Shown in pieces: positions 46,524 to 55,842 of a stretch of DNA of 64,000 bases. The notes below the pieces were generated by a model. The model was not told the origin of the DNA. It ran no database searches and worked only from the letters and a program-made list of their open reading frames with translations. The position numbers were made by a program, and so were the translations under genes. The stretch is from Planctomycetota bacterium. Its GTDB lineage: Bacteria > Planctomycetota > SZUA-567 > H5-PLA8. The first letter of the stretch is position 1, and every line of letters begins with the position of its first letter. The stretch spans positions 1 through 64,000 of the forward strand of contig JBBRPR010000032.1 in NCBI GenBank assembly GCA_038227875.1, written 5' to 3'.

Positions 46524-46935
46524 GTGCACTGCTACACATCATGTATTATAAAATCTTTTTAAATAAATTTAAAGAAAACACTGTATTTTGGAGTTTCTCG
46601 ACCGCATAGATACTATAGAGAAAACCCATTTCCGAATCGCGCGCCCGCCCCCGCAGTCCAAGTCCGAAGCCCGTCGCAGTTTCAGAACTGCCCTAAAATT
46701 GCGCCCCAGAAGCCTGTAAACGATGCTAAAGATCCCAACCCGATCGAAAGGTCATTCCGATGCCCGACTCATCCACAGCCCCACAGAACGCAAATGGACG
46801 GAGTGCGCCCAAATCCCGGAAAAGGTCGCACGCAGTGCACTGCTGCACGACATGTATTATAAAATCTTTTTAATAAATATAAAGAATAACACTTGACTTT
46901 TGGGTTCGAGAGTTGCTTAATACTATTGGAAAAAA
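46524..46935. repeat. Duplicated ~100-bp AT-rich promoter-like block (46524-46624 and 46835-46935)
   Basis: GTGCACTGCT and CATGTATTATAAAATCTTTTTAA are identical in both copies, offset 311 bp. Confidence 0.8.
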
Positions 46936-47150
46936 TGCAATCCCCTGTTGATGCCGCACCTCGCCTATACCGACGACTTTTAGCCGGATCGATATTCGAA
47001 CTCGCCATCGCGCACCATCTCATACCGCCGGACTGAACTCCCATGACGCCCCCAACCGACCACCGACTACTTTTAGCCGGACTGACCCTGCCGGAGCGAA
47101 CACCCTCAATTCGCGCCCCATGTGCACCTATGAAAGGAGGCCCCGCCCCT

Positions 47151-47180
47151 GTAACATTTGGTAACATTTTGAAACATCCA
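47151..47180 (+). promoter_or_regulatory. Three 10-bp-period direct repeats upstream of the ECF sigma gene
   Basis: GTAACATTTG GTAACATTTT GAAACATCCA. Confidence 0.45.
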
Positions 47181-47258
47181 CATTCCACAAAATTGAACGC
47201 CAAATCGCCCCACCGAGTAGCATACCTATACGGACGAGACCACTTTCTGGGAGATGAC

Positions 47259-47789
47259 GTGACCGATTCCGGCACCGACGCGCGAGGCAGAGCGATGCAG
47301 TTGGCGGTCACTCACCGCCGCACCATCGAAGCCTACGCCTTCATGATGACGCGCGACTTCCATCTCGCCGACGACGTCTACCAGGAAGTCGCCACCGTCC
47401 TGATCGCGCAATGGCAACAGGTGCCCACCAACGACGAAGCTCTGCCGTGGCTGAAGGAAGTGACCCGGCGTAAAGCGCTCGAACTCCTCCGCAAGCAAGG
47501 CCGCTCGCAGCGCATGCTCTCTCCGGAAGCCATCGAAAAAGTCGAAGCCGCATTCCCCGTCGAACCCGAAAACGGACTCGCCGAATCCCTGGCCAGTTGC
47601 GTCGACAAACTCTCCGACGTCGCCCGCCAGGCCGTGCTCTGCCGCTACGTCGAGAACCTCGACGTGCCGCAGATCGCCAAGAAGCTCGGCCGGACGCTCC
47701 AAGGCACCTACGCCGTCCTCAAGCGCGCGCGCCTGGCGCTGGAAGAATGCGTCGCCCGGTCGCAGCGGCAGAGCGGAGAAGTCTCATGA
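47259..47789 (+). CDS. ECF-family sigma factor (start GTG 47259 or ATG 47295)
   Basis: DFHLADDVYQEV, WLKEVTRRKALE, QIAKKLGRT..YAVLKRARLALEECV. Confidence 0.9.
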   Translation: MTDSGTDARGRAMQLAVTHRRTIEAYAFMMTRDFHLADDVYQEVATVLIAQWQQVPTNDEALPWLKEVTRRKALELLRKQGRSQRMLSPEAIEKVEAAFPVEPENGLAESLASCVDKLSDVARQAVLCRYVENLDVPQIAKKLGRTLQGTYAVLKRARLALEECVARSQRQSGEVS

Positions 47790-49159
47790 GCGAGCCGCTG
47801 AACAAGGACGTCGACGCGGCCATCATGGCCTACCTGGTCGGCGACATTGAGGACGCCGACTTGGCGGAGCTCGACCGCCGCGTGCGCGAAGACCCCGCCG
47901 CCGCGCGCCGCATGGCCCAGCTCTGCGACCACGAGATGGCACTGGCGACGATGCTGAACATGCGCCAGGGACGCCAAATCTCCGCGCGCTCCAAGCCCGT
48001 CCCGAAGAAGCTCCAGCGCGCAACGCGCCGGACCTCGCAGTCGCGACTCTGGATGGCCGCGGTGGCCGCGCTGATCGTCATCGGCGTGGCGTGGGTGGCG
48101 CTCCACAATTCCTCAGTGAAGCCTGCGCCCGCGACGCGCGTCGCGACAGTGACGGAAATCGCCGGCACCGTTGAGGTGAACCGGCCCGACGGCAAGTCGG
48201 CTCTGAAACTCAAAGCGCCCCTGAATGCCGGCGACCGCATCGCAGTCGGCGCGCAATCCCGCCTCGCGCTCAGTTTCGACGACGGCACGACGCTGACGCT
48301 CGACGCCGGCACGACGCTGGCGCTCCCCAGCGCCGCGGACCAGCCGCTGCACCTCGAATCCGGCGCGCTGACGGCCAGCGTCGCCCATCAGCCCGCCGGC
48401 AAGCCGCTGCGCATCCACACTGCGCAGGCCGAGGCGGAAATCGTGGGCACCCAGTTCCGCCTGGCCATCGAGAACAATGCCACGCGTCTGGACGTGAGCG
48501 AAGGCCGCGTGCGTCTGACGCGCGCCGCGGACAAGGCCGTCGCGCTGGTCGATGCCGGCTTCGCCACGGTAGCCACAGGCGGAACGGAAGCGCCGCTGTA
48601 CTTGCGCAGACTTCAAACGCTGGCCGACGGCCTGCCCGCTCAATCTAAAGTCCTGGTCGGCTCAACAGCCCCCTGGAGCGGCTGGGAAGGCGATGTCTCC
48701 GCGCCGCCGGGAACTCCAGCGGGAACGCTGGCGATCGGTTCGCATCTACCGCAGCCCGGCACGCGCTTTTATGGCGAAATCCGCTCGCCGCTCTTTTCCC
48801 CGGAAGTCCCATCGGGCGACCATACCTACCTGCGCTTCCGCTACCGCGCCGACGACTTCAAGCCCGGCGATCTGATCAAATTCATGCTGAAGAAAAAGGA
48901 CGGCACGATCTTCCATGGATTCCTCAAGCCAGAAGTCGGCAACTGGACCGTCGCCACCGTACGCTTCGATGGCGCGTTCCTCAATTTGGGAGACCATGCC
49001 CTGCCCATGAAACCCGGCGAGTCGCTCAATCAATGCGTCTTCCTGGGCGCCGCGCCCGACGGTGAACTCGCGCGAACGGGCCCGAAGCTCTGGCTTGATG
49101 ATGTGATCGTCTTCAGCGCGCCCGGCGATATTCCAGTGAGCAAACTCGAATCAAATTAA
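47786..49159 (+). CDS. FecR-domain anti-sigma factor with extra C-terminal domain
   Basis: TM helix; FDDGTTLTL, LESGAL, AEIVGTQFRL, VSEGRVRL; ATGA overlap with the sigma gene. Confidence 0.88.
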   Translation: MSEPLNKDVDAAIMAYLVGDIEDADLAELDRRVREDPAAARRMAQLCDHEMALATMLNMRQGRQISARSKPVPKKLQRATRRTSQSRLWMAAVAALIVIGVAWVALHNSSVKPAPATRVATVTEIAGTVEVNRPDGKSALKLKAPLNAGDRIAVGAQSRLALSFDDGTTLTLDAGTTLALPSAADQPLHLESGALTASVAHQPAGKPLRIHTAQAEAEIVGTQFRLAIENNATRLDVSEGRVRLTRAADKAVALVDAGFATVATGGTEAPLYLRRLQTLADGLPAQSKVLVGSTAPWSGWEGDVSAPPGTPAGTLAIGSHLPQPGTRFYGEIRSPLFSPEVPSGDHTYLRFRYRADDFKPGDLIKFMLKKKDGTIFHGFLKPEVGNWTVATVRFDGAFLNLGDHALPMKPGESLNQCVFLGAAPDGELARTGPKLWLDDVIVFSAPGDIPVSKLESN

Positions 49160-49253
49160 TTCAATAAAGGTTCAATTCTTTTCCACTATTTCGCGCCAAA
49201 TCAATCCTCGCTCCTGCATCTACAAGTAGCACCCCGCGGGAGGAAATAAACCA

Positions 49254-52200
49254 ATGCCAACGACACCCATCAATCCACCGATGCGAAAAACGAGCCTGCT
49301 GCTCAGCGCAGCGCTGCTCCTGGCAACGACCTGCGGCACCGCACGCGCCGCCGCCAACCCGGTCGTCGTCTACACCGACGTGGTCTCCGGACCGACGACC
49401 GGCGGCGAAAACAACCTGGGCGGATACGTCTCGATTTTCGGCCTGCATTTCGGTTCGAGTCTGGCCAACGTGCACGTCTATTTCGGCACTACCGAAGTCG
49501 CCGCCTATCGCTACTTTGGCGCCTCCAACGGCCGCTCGGATATGCAGCAGATTACCGTGCAGCCCGGCGCGCTGGGTGGAGCCTCAGGCACGCTGCCGAT
49601 CAAAGTGACCGTCAGCGGCGTGGACTCCAATACGGACAAAACCTTCCGCGTCAATCCGGGGCGCGTCCTGTTTGTCGACAACGTCAACGGCAACGATACC
49701 ACGGCCGTCGCCAACGACATCACGCATCCGTGGCGGCACGTTCAGACGCCGTCACTGGGCGGGGCCTACGGCACGGTCTTGCCGGGCGATTTTATCGTCA
49801 TGCGCGGCACGGGTACGACGTGGACCGATCTGGGAAGCAACAATTCATTTCTGCGCTTCATCAGCAAAGGCGGCACGGCGCCGACGGGATCCGCGGGCGC
49901 CGGTCCAATTACGGTCATGGCCTATCCGGGTGAAAATGTACAAATCCTCAATACCGCCAATTATGGAATTTCCGGCGTCGATCGCTCGAACACTTCCTTC
50001 GCAGCCTTCGCCACGTGGATCACCATCTCGGGTCTGCATATCGAAGGCGATGGCGGAGCCGGGCCGATCGCGCTCCAGGTTTACGCCGACTACTGGCGCA
50101 TCGTGAACAACGAACTGACCGCGCCAACCGCCACGACCGCCAAGGCCGGCGGCGTGAATGGCAATGGCGGCTACATCGCCGTCTACGGCAACAGCATCCA
50201 TGACATCGCCGGCGGCCAGCAGGAAAACCACGGCATCTACATCGATGGCGGCAGCGACATCGCCGCCGGCAGCGCCGACCTGGCCTATAATCACATTTAT
50301 AATATTTCCGGAGGCAACGGGATTCAGCAGTACAACAATGGATCTAATGGAAACTTTTATCCGACTAACAATATTCTCATTCATCACAATATTATTCACG
50401 ACGTCACCGACAAGCACGGAATCAATATCGCCGACGGCTCGGGCAGCGGTTTCCTGATTTATAATAATAGTGTGTACAATACCTATTACTCCGGCATTCG
50501 CTTCAATACCACCGACCTGAACAACGCCAAGATATATAACAATACTTTTTACAATACCAATACGGCGTCCAACCCCAATCATGCCGCCATTAGTAACGAT
50601 TGGACGCTGGCCAGCAATGCCGTCGATATCAGAAATAATATCTTCTGGCCGCACACCAACACCAAATACAACGGCGGCTCCGTCGGCATGTCGGCCGGTT
50701 TGGGCACGGTCACCAACAATCTCTGGTACGGCGGTTCAGATGCCGTGCCGACCTTCGATAGCGCACCGAAGACCGGCAACCCGAGTTTCGTCTCCGCGGG
50801 CACGGACTTTCACATAAGCTCCGCCGCCAGTCCCGCCGTCGATGCCGGCTCCAGCGGCGTATCCGCAGTCGTGACCAACGACTACGACATCTCGACGCTC
50901 CGTCCGCAGGGATCTGGCTTCGACATCGGCGCGTACGAATTCACCGTCGCCGCGCCGCTGACACTCACGACCCCCTCGCCCTTGCCGCAAGCCACCGCCA
51001 CCGCAAATTACGCGCAGACCTTCGCCGCCAGCGGAGGCACCGCGCCCTACACGTACAGTGTCACCGCGGGAACGCTTCCGTCCGGGCTTACGCTCGCCAG
51101 TTCCGGCGCCTTGAGCGGCACGCCGAGCGCCGCCGGAACGTCAACATTCACCGTGCAAGTCAAAGACAGTGTGAACGCCACGTTCAGCAAGCAGTACCAG
51201 CTCACCGTCAACGCCGCCGTAGGAATCTCAACGACCACGCTGCCTTCAGGCACCGTGAACGTCGCCTACCTACAAACACTCGCTTCGACCGGTGGAACCA
51301 CTCCCCTGACGTGGTCCATCACCAGCGGCACATTGCCATCGGGCTTGGCGTTGAGCGCCAGCACCGGCGCGCTGAGCGGCACACCCACTTCGGCTTCATC
51401 GGGAAGCATCACCTTCAAAGTCACCGACAAGAATGGCGCCAGCGCATCACATTCCTTCACGCTCACGATCAGTGCCGCGCTGGTGTTGACCAAGATCGTG
51501 GTGACGCCGAGCGTCGTGACGGTCAAGGAAGATTCGACGCAGCTCTTCAGCGCCGTAGCCCTGGACCAATTCGGAAACGCACTCGCCGTACAGCCGACTT
51601 TTTTGTGGGCCGTCATGGGAGGTGGCACGATCAACGCAACGGGCCTGTTTACCGCCACTCGCGGCGGCACGTTTCCCGTCTCGGCCTCCAGCGGCGCCGT
51701 CACCGGCACCGCGAGCGTGAAGGTCACGCGCGTGCCCAACATCACTCAGCCGGCAACATCCAGCGCCTCGCAGACGGTCGTCAACCTTCCCGTCACGTTC
51801 AGCGTGAGCGCTACCGATCCAGACGGCGGAGCGATCATCTATCTCTGGAATTTCGGCGACGGCACGACGGCCAACACCGGCAGCGCGTCACACACGTACA
51901 CAACCCCGGGCAACTACACCGTGACGGTGACCCTCTCCGATGCGTCCGGCGATGCCGTGACCTCGACGTTATCGATCAGCGTCGGGGCTGGCGCGTCGCC
52001 GACCGATCCAACCACGCCTCCGCCACCGCCGATTCCGATGACCATTCTGAAACTGACCGGCACCGCCAGCTTCAAAACATCCGGCCACGACAAATGCGCG
52101 ATCAGCGGCGTCCTGCCCGCGCTCCCCGCCGGGCTGACCACGGCCGGACAGACGCTGGTGCTGAATATCGGCGGAGTGCTGGCGACCTTTACCTTGGACA

Positions 52201-52487
52201 AGAACGGCCACGCGAAATCGGCCAATGGCACGTTTGCGTTGAAACTAAAATCGCATCGCGATCCCAAAACGCACAAGGCCGTGTTTCAAGGAGGCAACGG
52301 ACCGTTCACGGCGACCCTGCACAACGGCATGTGGTCTGCGGCGTGGGGTCTCGATGCGACCACGTCGGTAACGAAGGCGTCGTTGCCGATGACCGTCTCG
52401 ATTCAGTTCATCAACAATACGTACGCTCAGAACTTGACGCTGACGTACACGTCAAAAGCGCACGCCGCAGGGACATTCAAGAAATAG
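49254..52487 (+). CDS. Large secreted protein: IPT/TIG, right-handed beta-helix, Ig-like repeats, PKD and a C-terminal domain
   Basis: Signal peptide; Asn-rich parallel beta-helix; DIGAYE; two GG(T)xPxT..GTLPSGL Ig repeats; WNFGDG..HTYTTPGNYTV. Confidence 0.85.
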   Translation: MPTTPINPPMRKTSLLLSAALLLATTCGTARAAANPVVVYTDVVSGPTTGGENNLGGYVSIFGLHFGSSLANVHVYFGTTEVAAYRYFGASNGRSDMQQITVQPGALGGASGTLPIKVTVSGVDSNTDKTFRVNPGRVLFVDNVNGNDTTAVANDITHPWRHVQTPSLGGAYGTVLPGDFIVMRGTGTTWTDLGSNNSFLRFISKGGTAPTGSAGAGPITVMAYPGENVQILNTANYGISGVDRSNTSFAAFATWITISGLHIEGDGGAGPIALQVYADYWRIVNNELTAPTATTAKAGGVNGNGGYIAVYGNSIHDIAGGQQENHGIYIDGGSDIAAGSADLAYNHIYNISGGNGIQQYNNGSNGNFYPTNNILIHHNIIHDVTDKHGINIADGSGSGFLIYNNSVYNTYYSGIRFNTTDLNNAKIYNNTFYNTNTASNPNHAAISNDWTLASNAVDIRNNIFWPHTNTKYNGGSVGMSAGLGTVTNNLWYGGSDAVPTFDSAPKTGNPSFVSAGTDFHISSAASPAVDAGSSGVSAVVTNDYDISTLRPQGSGFDIGAYEFTVAAPLTLTTPSPLPQATATANYAQTFAASGGTAPYTYSVTAGTLPSGLTLASSGALSGTPSAAGTSTFTVQVKDSVNATFSKQYQLTVNAAVGISTTTLPSGTVNVAYLQTLASTGGTTPLTWSITSGTLPSGLALSASTGALSGTPTSASSGSITFKVTDKNGASASHSFTLTISAALVLTKIVVTPSVVTVKEDSTQLFSAVALDQFGNALAVQPTFLWAVMGGGTINATGLFTATRGGTFPVSASSGAVTGTASVKVTRVPNITQPATSSASQTVVNLPVTFSVSATDPDGGAIIYLWNFGDGTTANTGSASHTYTTPGNYTVTVTLSDASGDAVTSTLSISVGAGASPTDPTTPPPPPIPMTILKLTGTASFKTSGHDKCAISGVLPALPAGLTTAGQTLVLNIGGVLATFTLDKNGHAKSANGTFALKLKSHRDPKTHKAVFQGGNGPFTATLHNGMWSAAWGLDATTSVTKASLPMTVSIQFINNTYAQNLTLTYTSKAHAAGTFKK

Positions 52488-52508
52488 AAAGGAGGGATTC
52501 GAAGACAA

Positions 52509-52538
52509 TTTTGAATTGCTGCCAAATGCAATTCAAAA
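52509..52538. terminator. Probable bidirectional terminator between convergent genes
   Basis: TTTTGAATTGC..GCAATTCAAAA. Confidence 0.5.
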
Positions 52539-52553
52539 CTCAAAACTCCAGCC

Positions 52554-52931
52554 TCAGTCGTCTTCCCGCACCCGGACGAGCTTCCAATCGTCGTCCAGCT
52601 TTTCGATCTTCACTTTGTAGACCGTTTCGGACTTGGCCTTTTTCAGGACGTCTTTGCTTTCGTCGTCCAAATCGGCCCAGACCACCTTTATCTTAAACTT
52701 GTCTTCACTATCACCTTTGCGGTGGCCTTCCAGGCGTCGGACCCGGTCTTTTTCGTCATCGTCGCGGACGATCTTGGTCACATTGACCTTGGTCTCCATG
52801 TCATCCCCGACCTTCACCTTTGTCCCATGGATATGCACCGGTCCCACATCCACTCCAAAGGCAAAAGCCCGGTCGGAAAAAGTCACGGCGGCGAAGGCGG
52901 CCAACAACATCCATAGGCTTGCAGTACGCAT
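52554..52931 (-). CDS. Small secreted hypothetical protein
   Basis: Signal peptide ending AFA; AGGAG RBS. Confidence 0.7.
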   Translation of the reverse strand: MRTASLWMLLAAFAAVTFSDRAFAFGVDVGPVHIHGTKVKVGDDMETKVNVTKIVRDDDEKDRVRRLEGHRKGDSEDKFKIKVVWADLDDESKDVLKKAKSETVYKVKIEKLDDDWKLVRVREDD

Positions 52932-53151
52932 GGTTACAAGTCTCCTCGTAGGTCTTTATGACGTGCTTGGCGCTACCTTTATTCGTCTGTATGATACGAA
53001 GAGTCCCTGCACAGTGCAAGCATGCCGTTGGAATACAGTTTGCTTCCGGCGCAGTACTACAGGACCGGCGTGAAGGAATTCGACACACGGAGCGTCATAC
53101 TGTCAGCGACTTAGGAAATAGCGCGATCGAACCCAGATAGGAATCCCAACC

Positions 53152-54339
53152 ATGAGCATCAAACGCAGCACGTCCATGACCCTCTCCATCTGCCTCGGCG
53201 TGATCGTCGGCGTCGTGGTCAGCAAGGCCCTCGACCACTGGCCCACACCCGTGATGGCCGACTCCCAGGCCACCGACGCCAAGAAGGTGGTCAATGAGCA
53301 GGCGATGACTTTCCGAATCGCCTCCAAAAAGATTGCGCCTTCCGTAGTCAACGTCTTCACCATCCAGAAAGTCCGCCAGCAGGTCGGCGGCGGTCTGGCC
53401 TTCGACAACGACGGCGTGCCGTTCTTCCGCCGCCCCAAGATCAAAGAAGGCTCGGCGCTGGCCGGCATTGGCTCGGGCTTCGTCTTCGATGACAAGAACG
53501 GCTACATCCTCACCAACAACCATGTCGTCTCCTCGGGCGAAGCCTGGCGCGTCCGCCTGGCCGACAAGCGGGAATTCGACGCGAAGCTCGTCGGCACCGA
53601 TCCTCAGACCGACGTCGCCGTCCTGAAGATCGAAGCCCCGGATCTGACCGCCGCGCAGCTCGGCGATTCCGATGACCTGGAAGTCGGCGACTGGGTCCTG
53701 GCCGTCGGCAATCCCTTCGGCATGCTGGAACAGACCGTCACTGCCGGCATCATCTCCGCCAAGGGCCGCAAGGGTCTGAATCTCTCGAACTACGAAAACT
53801 TCCTCCAGACCGACGCCGCGATCAACCCGGGCAATTCCGGCGGACCGCTGGTTAACGTCAACGGGGACGTGGTCGGTATCAACACCGCGATCATCTCCAA
53901 GAACGCCGGTTACCAGGGCGTCGGTTTCTCGATTCCCATCAATCAGGCCAAGCGCATCGCGACGAAGCTGATCAAGGGCGGCACCGTGGTCCGCGGCTGG
54001 ATGGGCGTGCAGGTCAAACCGCTGACCGCCGCCGACTTCAAGCAACTGGAACTGCCCGCCGGCGAAGGCGTGAGTGTCGAAGCCGTGGTCCTGCGCGGAC
54101 CAGCGCACAAAGCCGGCCTGCTTCCCGGCGACATCCTGATGGAAGTCAACGGCAAGCCCGTCCGCAACCCCGACGACATCCACGACGCCGTCGCCGACAT
54201 GGAACCCGGCTCGAAAGTGAATCTGGTCCTCAAGCGCAAAGACGACCGCAAAGGCATTCTCGAGACGTTGAAAGAAACCATGACCATCGGCACCCAGCCG
54301 AAGGACTGGAACACGAACGTGTCGGAAGACCAGGAGTGA
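53152..54339 (+). CDS. HtrA/DegP-like trypsin serine protease with one PDZ domain
   Basis: LTNNHVV, TDVAVLK, QTDAAINPGNSGGPL, RGWMGV..PAHKAGL. Confidence 0.95.
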   Translation: MSIKRSTSMTLSICLGVIVGVVVSKALDHWPTPVMADSQATDAKKVVNEQAMTFRIASKKIAPSVVNVFTIQKVRQQVGGGLAFDNDGVPFFRRPKIKEGSALAGIGSGFVFDDKNGYILTNNHVVSSGEAWRVRLADKREFDAKLVGTDPQTDVAVLKIEAPDLTAAQLGDSDDLEVGDWVLAVGNPFGMLEQTVTAGIISAKGRKGLNLSNYENFLQTDAAINPGNSGGPLVNVNGDVVGINTAIISKNAGYQGVGFSIPINQAKRIATKLIKGGTVVRGWMGVQVKPLTAADFKQLELPAGEGVSVEAVVLRGPAHKAGLLPGDILMEVNGKPVRNPDDIHDAVADMEPGSKVNLVLKRKDDRKGILETLKETMTIGTQPKDWNTNVSEDQE

Positions 54340-54577
54340 GGAAGAGCAGGACTGAGGCTTCCAAGTTCAATACGCAATGTATATGTCCCTGACGCATTGA
54401 GTGTCAGGGGAGAGTGAGCTCCAGCGAACAAGAATCCCGGCCGTGCTGCGGAACAGACCCTGCAATGGTCTAGCAAGCGCGGATGTGAACATCAGTCGAC
54501 TCCCCATCCGTGTTCGGCACCGTGAAATAGCCGACTCCGTTTGCCAACGCGATTCTTGTTCGCTGGTCCCTTCCAAT

Positions 54578-54609
54578 AAAAAACCCCCGCGGTAAAGCGG
54601 GGATTTTTT
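54578..54609. terminator. Bidirectional terminator
   Basis: AAAAAACCCCCGC-GGTAAA-GCGGGGATTTTTT. Confidence 0.75.
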
Positions 54610-54631
54610 CCTCAGTCCTCAGTCCTATCCG

Positions 54632-55720
54632 TCAATACCCCGCCGGCTCATCCTTATGATCATGCTCAATCGTCGGGTCCGCCGGGCGGGCGTCCATCGA
54701 GCCGCTGGCCATGTTGGCCATCATGCTCGCGGCGTACTGGCTCTGCTTTGTCCGCTCTTCTTTCGTCAACAGCGCAGCGCAGGGCGTGCCGAACTTCGGG
54801 TGCGCAAACGGGAGATGCGTGTCGCCGCGCGCCAGGATGTGCGAGCCGTTCGTGCCGCCGTTGACGGGGTCGACCGTCGGGAATTCGCCGGGACGCGTCG
54901 GGCGTTCGTCATAGCCCCATTGCGTGAACGAGCGCGCGTTGCAGTAGTGGCTCACGAACGAGCGGCGGAAGCGGTCGGTGGAGTAATTCTGCTTGCTGCG
55001 GTGCAGGACATGTCCGTTGAAGAACACGACGTCGCCGGCCTTCGCGGGGACCAGCAGCTGCGGATAGCGGTCGGCGATCTTCGACAGATCGTTCTTGCTG
55101 TCGTCGACATCGCTGACGCCGTTGACGTGCAGAATCTCCGAGAGGTTCTTGTTGCCGTGGAAGTGTCCATCGGCGGAGGGATAAATCGGCTCCGCGCCGC
55201 TGCCGGCGGCCATCCACATCGCGCCGTTGAGTTCATCGCAGTCGTCAACGGCAATCCACGCGCCGCAGAGCGTGTCGGGATGTGTGGGGATGTAAAACGT
55301 GTCCTGGTGCCAGCCCTGACCGGGTTTGCCGGGCGGCTTCAAAAAAAGCATCGTCTGCAGCGCGAGCACGTCGGGTCCGATCAGGCATTCCAGCACGTCC
55401 AGGACGCGGGGGTGAAGCAGGTAGCGTTCGTGCAGTCCCAGTACGCGGTGGAGCATGTGGATGCGCAGGTAGTGCTGCGCTTTTTCGTGGGGCGGAAGAT
55501 GGGGCGGCGGAGCGCTCAGCCCGAAGGCCTTCGCCGACTCCAGTTGCTGTTCGGGCAGGCGGCCCTGCATCAGGTCTTCGGTGTGCTGCTTGAGTTCCGC
55601 GATCTCTTCCGGCGAGACCAGATTTCGGACCACCAGGAAGCCCTGCTGGCGGAAGAGCGTATACTGCTCCGCTTTGACCGCGTAGCGTTCGACCGTCTTC
55701 TGCGTTTCGGTGGCCAGCAT
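54632..55720 (-). CDS. Phytanoyl-CoA dioxygenase (PhyH) family 2OG-Fe(II) oxygenase
   Basis: GFLVVRNLV, KPPG..WHQD, AWIAVDD, AGDVVFFNGHVLHRS..R. Confidence 0.92.
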   Translation of the reverse strand: MLATETQKTVERYAVKAEQYTLFRQQGFLVVRNLVSPEEIAELKQHTEDLMQGRLPEQQLESAKAFGLSAPPPHLPPHEKAQHYLRIHMLHRVLGLHERYLLHPRVLDVLECLIGPDVLALQTMLFLKPPGKPGQGWHQDTFYIPTHPDTLCGAWIAVDDCDELNGAMWMAAGSGAEPIYPSADGHFHGNKNLSEILHVNGVSDVDDSKNDLSKIADRYPQLLVPAKAGDVVFFNGHVLHRSKQNYSTDRFRRSFVSHYCNARSFTQWGYDERPTRPGEFPTVDPVNGGTNGSHILARGDTHLPFAHPKFGTPCAALLTKEERTKQSQYAASMMANMASGSMDARPADPTIEHDHKDEPAGY

Positions 55721-55842
55721 GAAAGCTCCCGGGCTCAGGTTTCAGAGTTCAAACTGCGAGCAGGGATTATGGCCTAAACGGCCGGAATGAACATGGCGGG
55801 GATTAGCAGATACATATCTGAAATTGATATTGCTGCGCCGGC

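Noticed and set aside
46077..46529. N-terminal 150 codons of the 247-aa ORF 45786-46529
   Set aside because: It reads through palindromic repeats. A good RBS and ATG at 46076 define a shorter gene.
46524..47190. AT-rich region considered as oriC
   Set aside because: Only imperfect DnaA-box-like words (TCATCCACA, ACATCCACA), no box cluster, and no dnaA/dnaN nearby.
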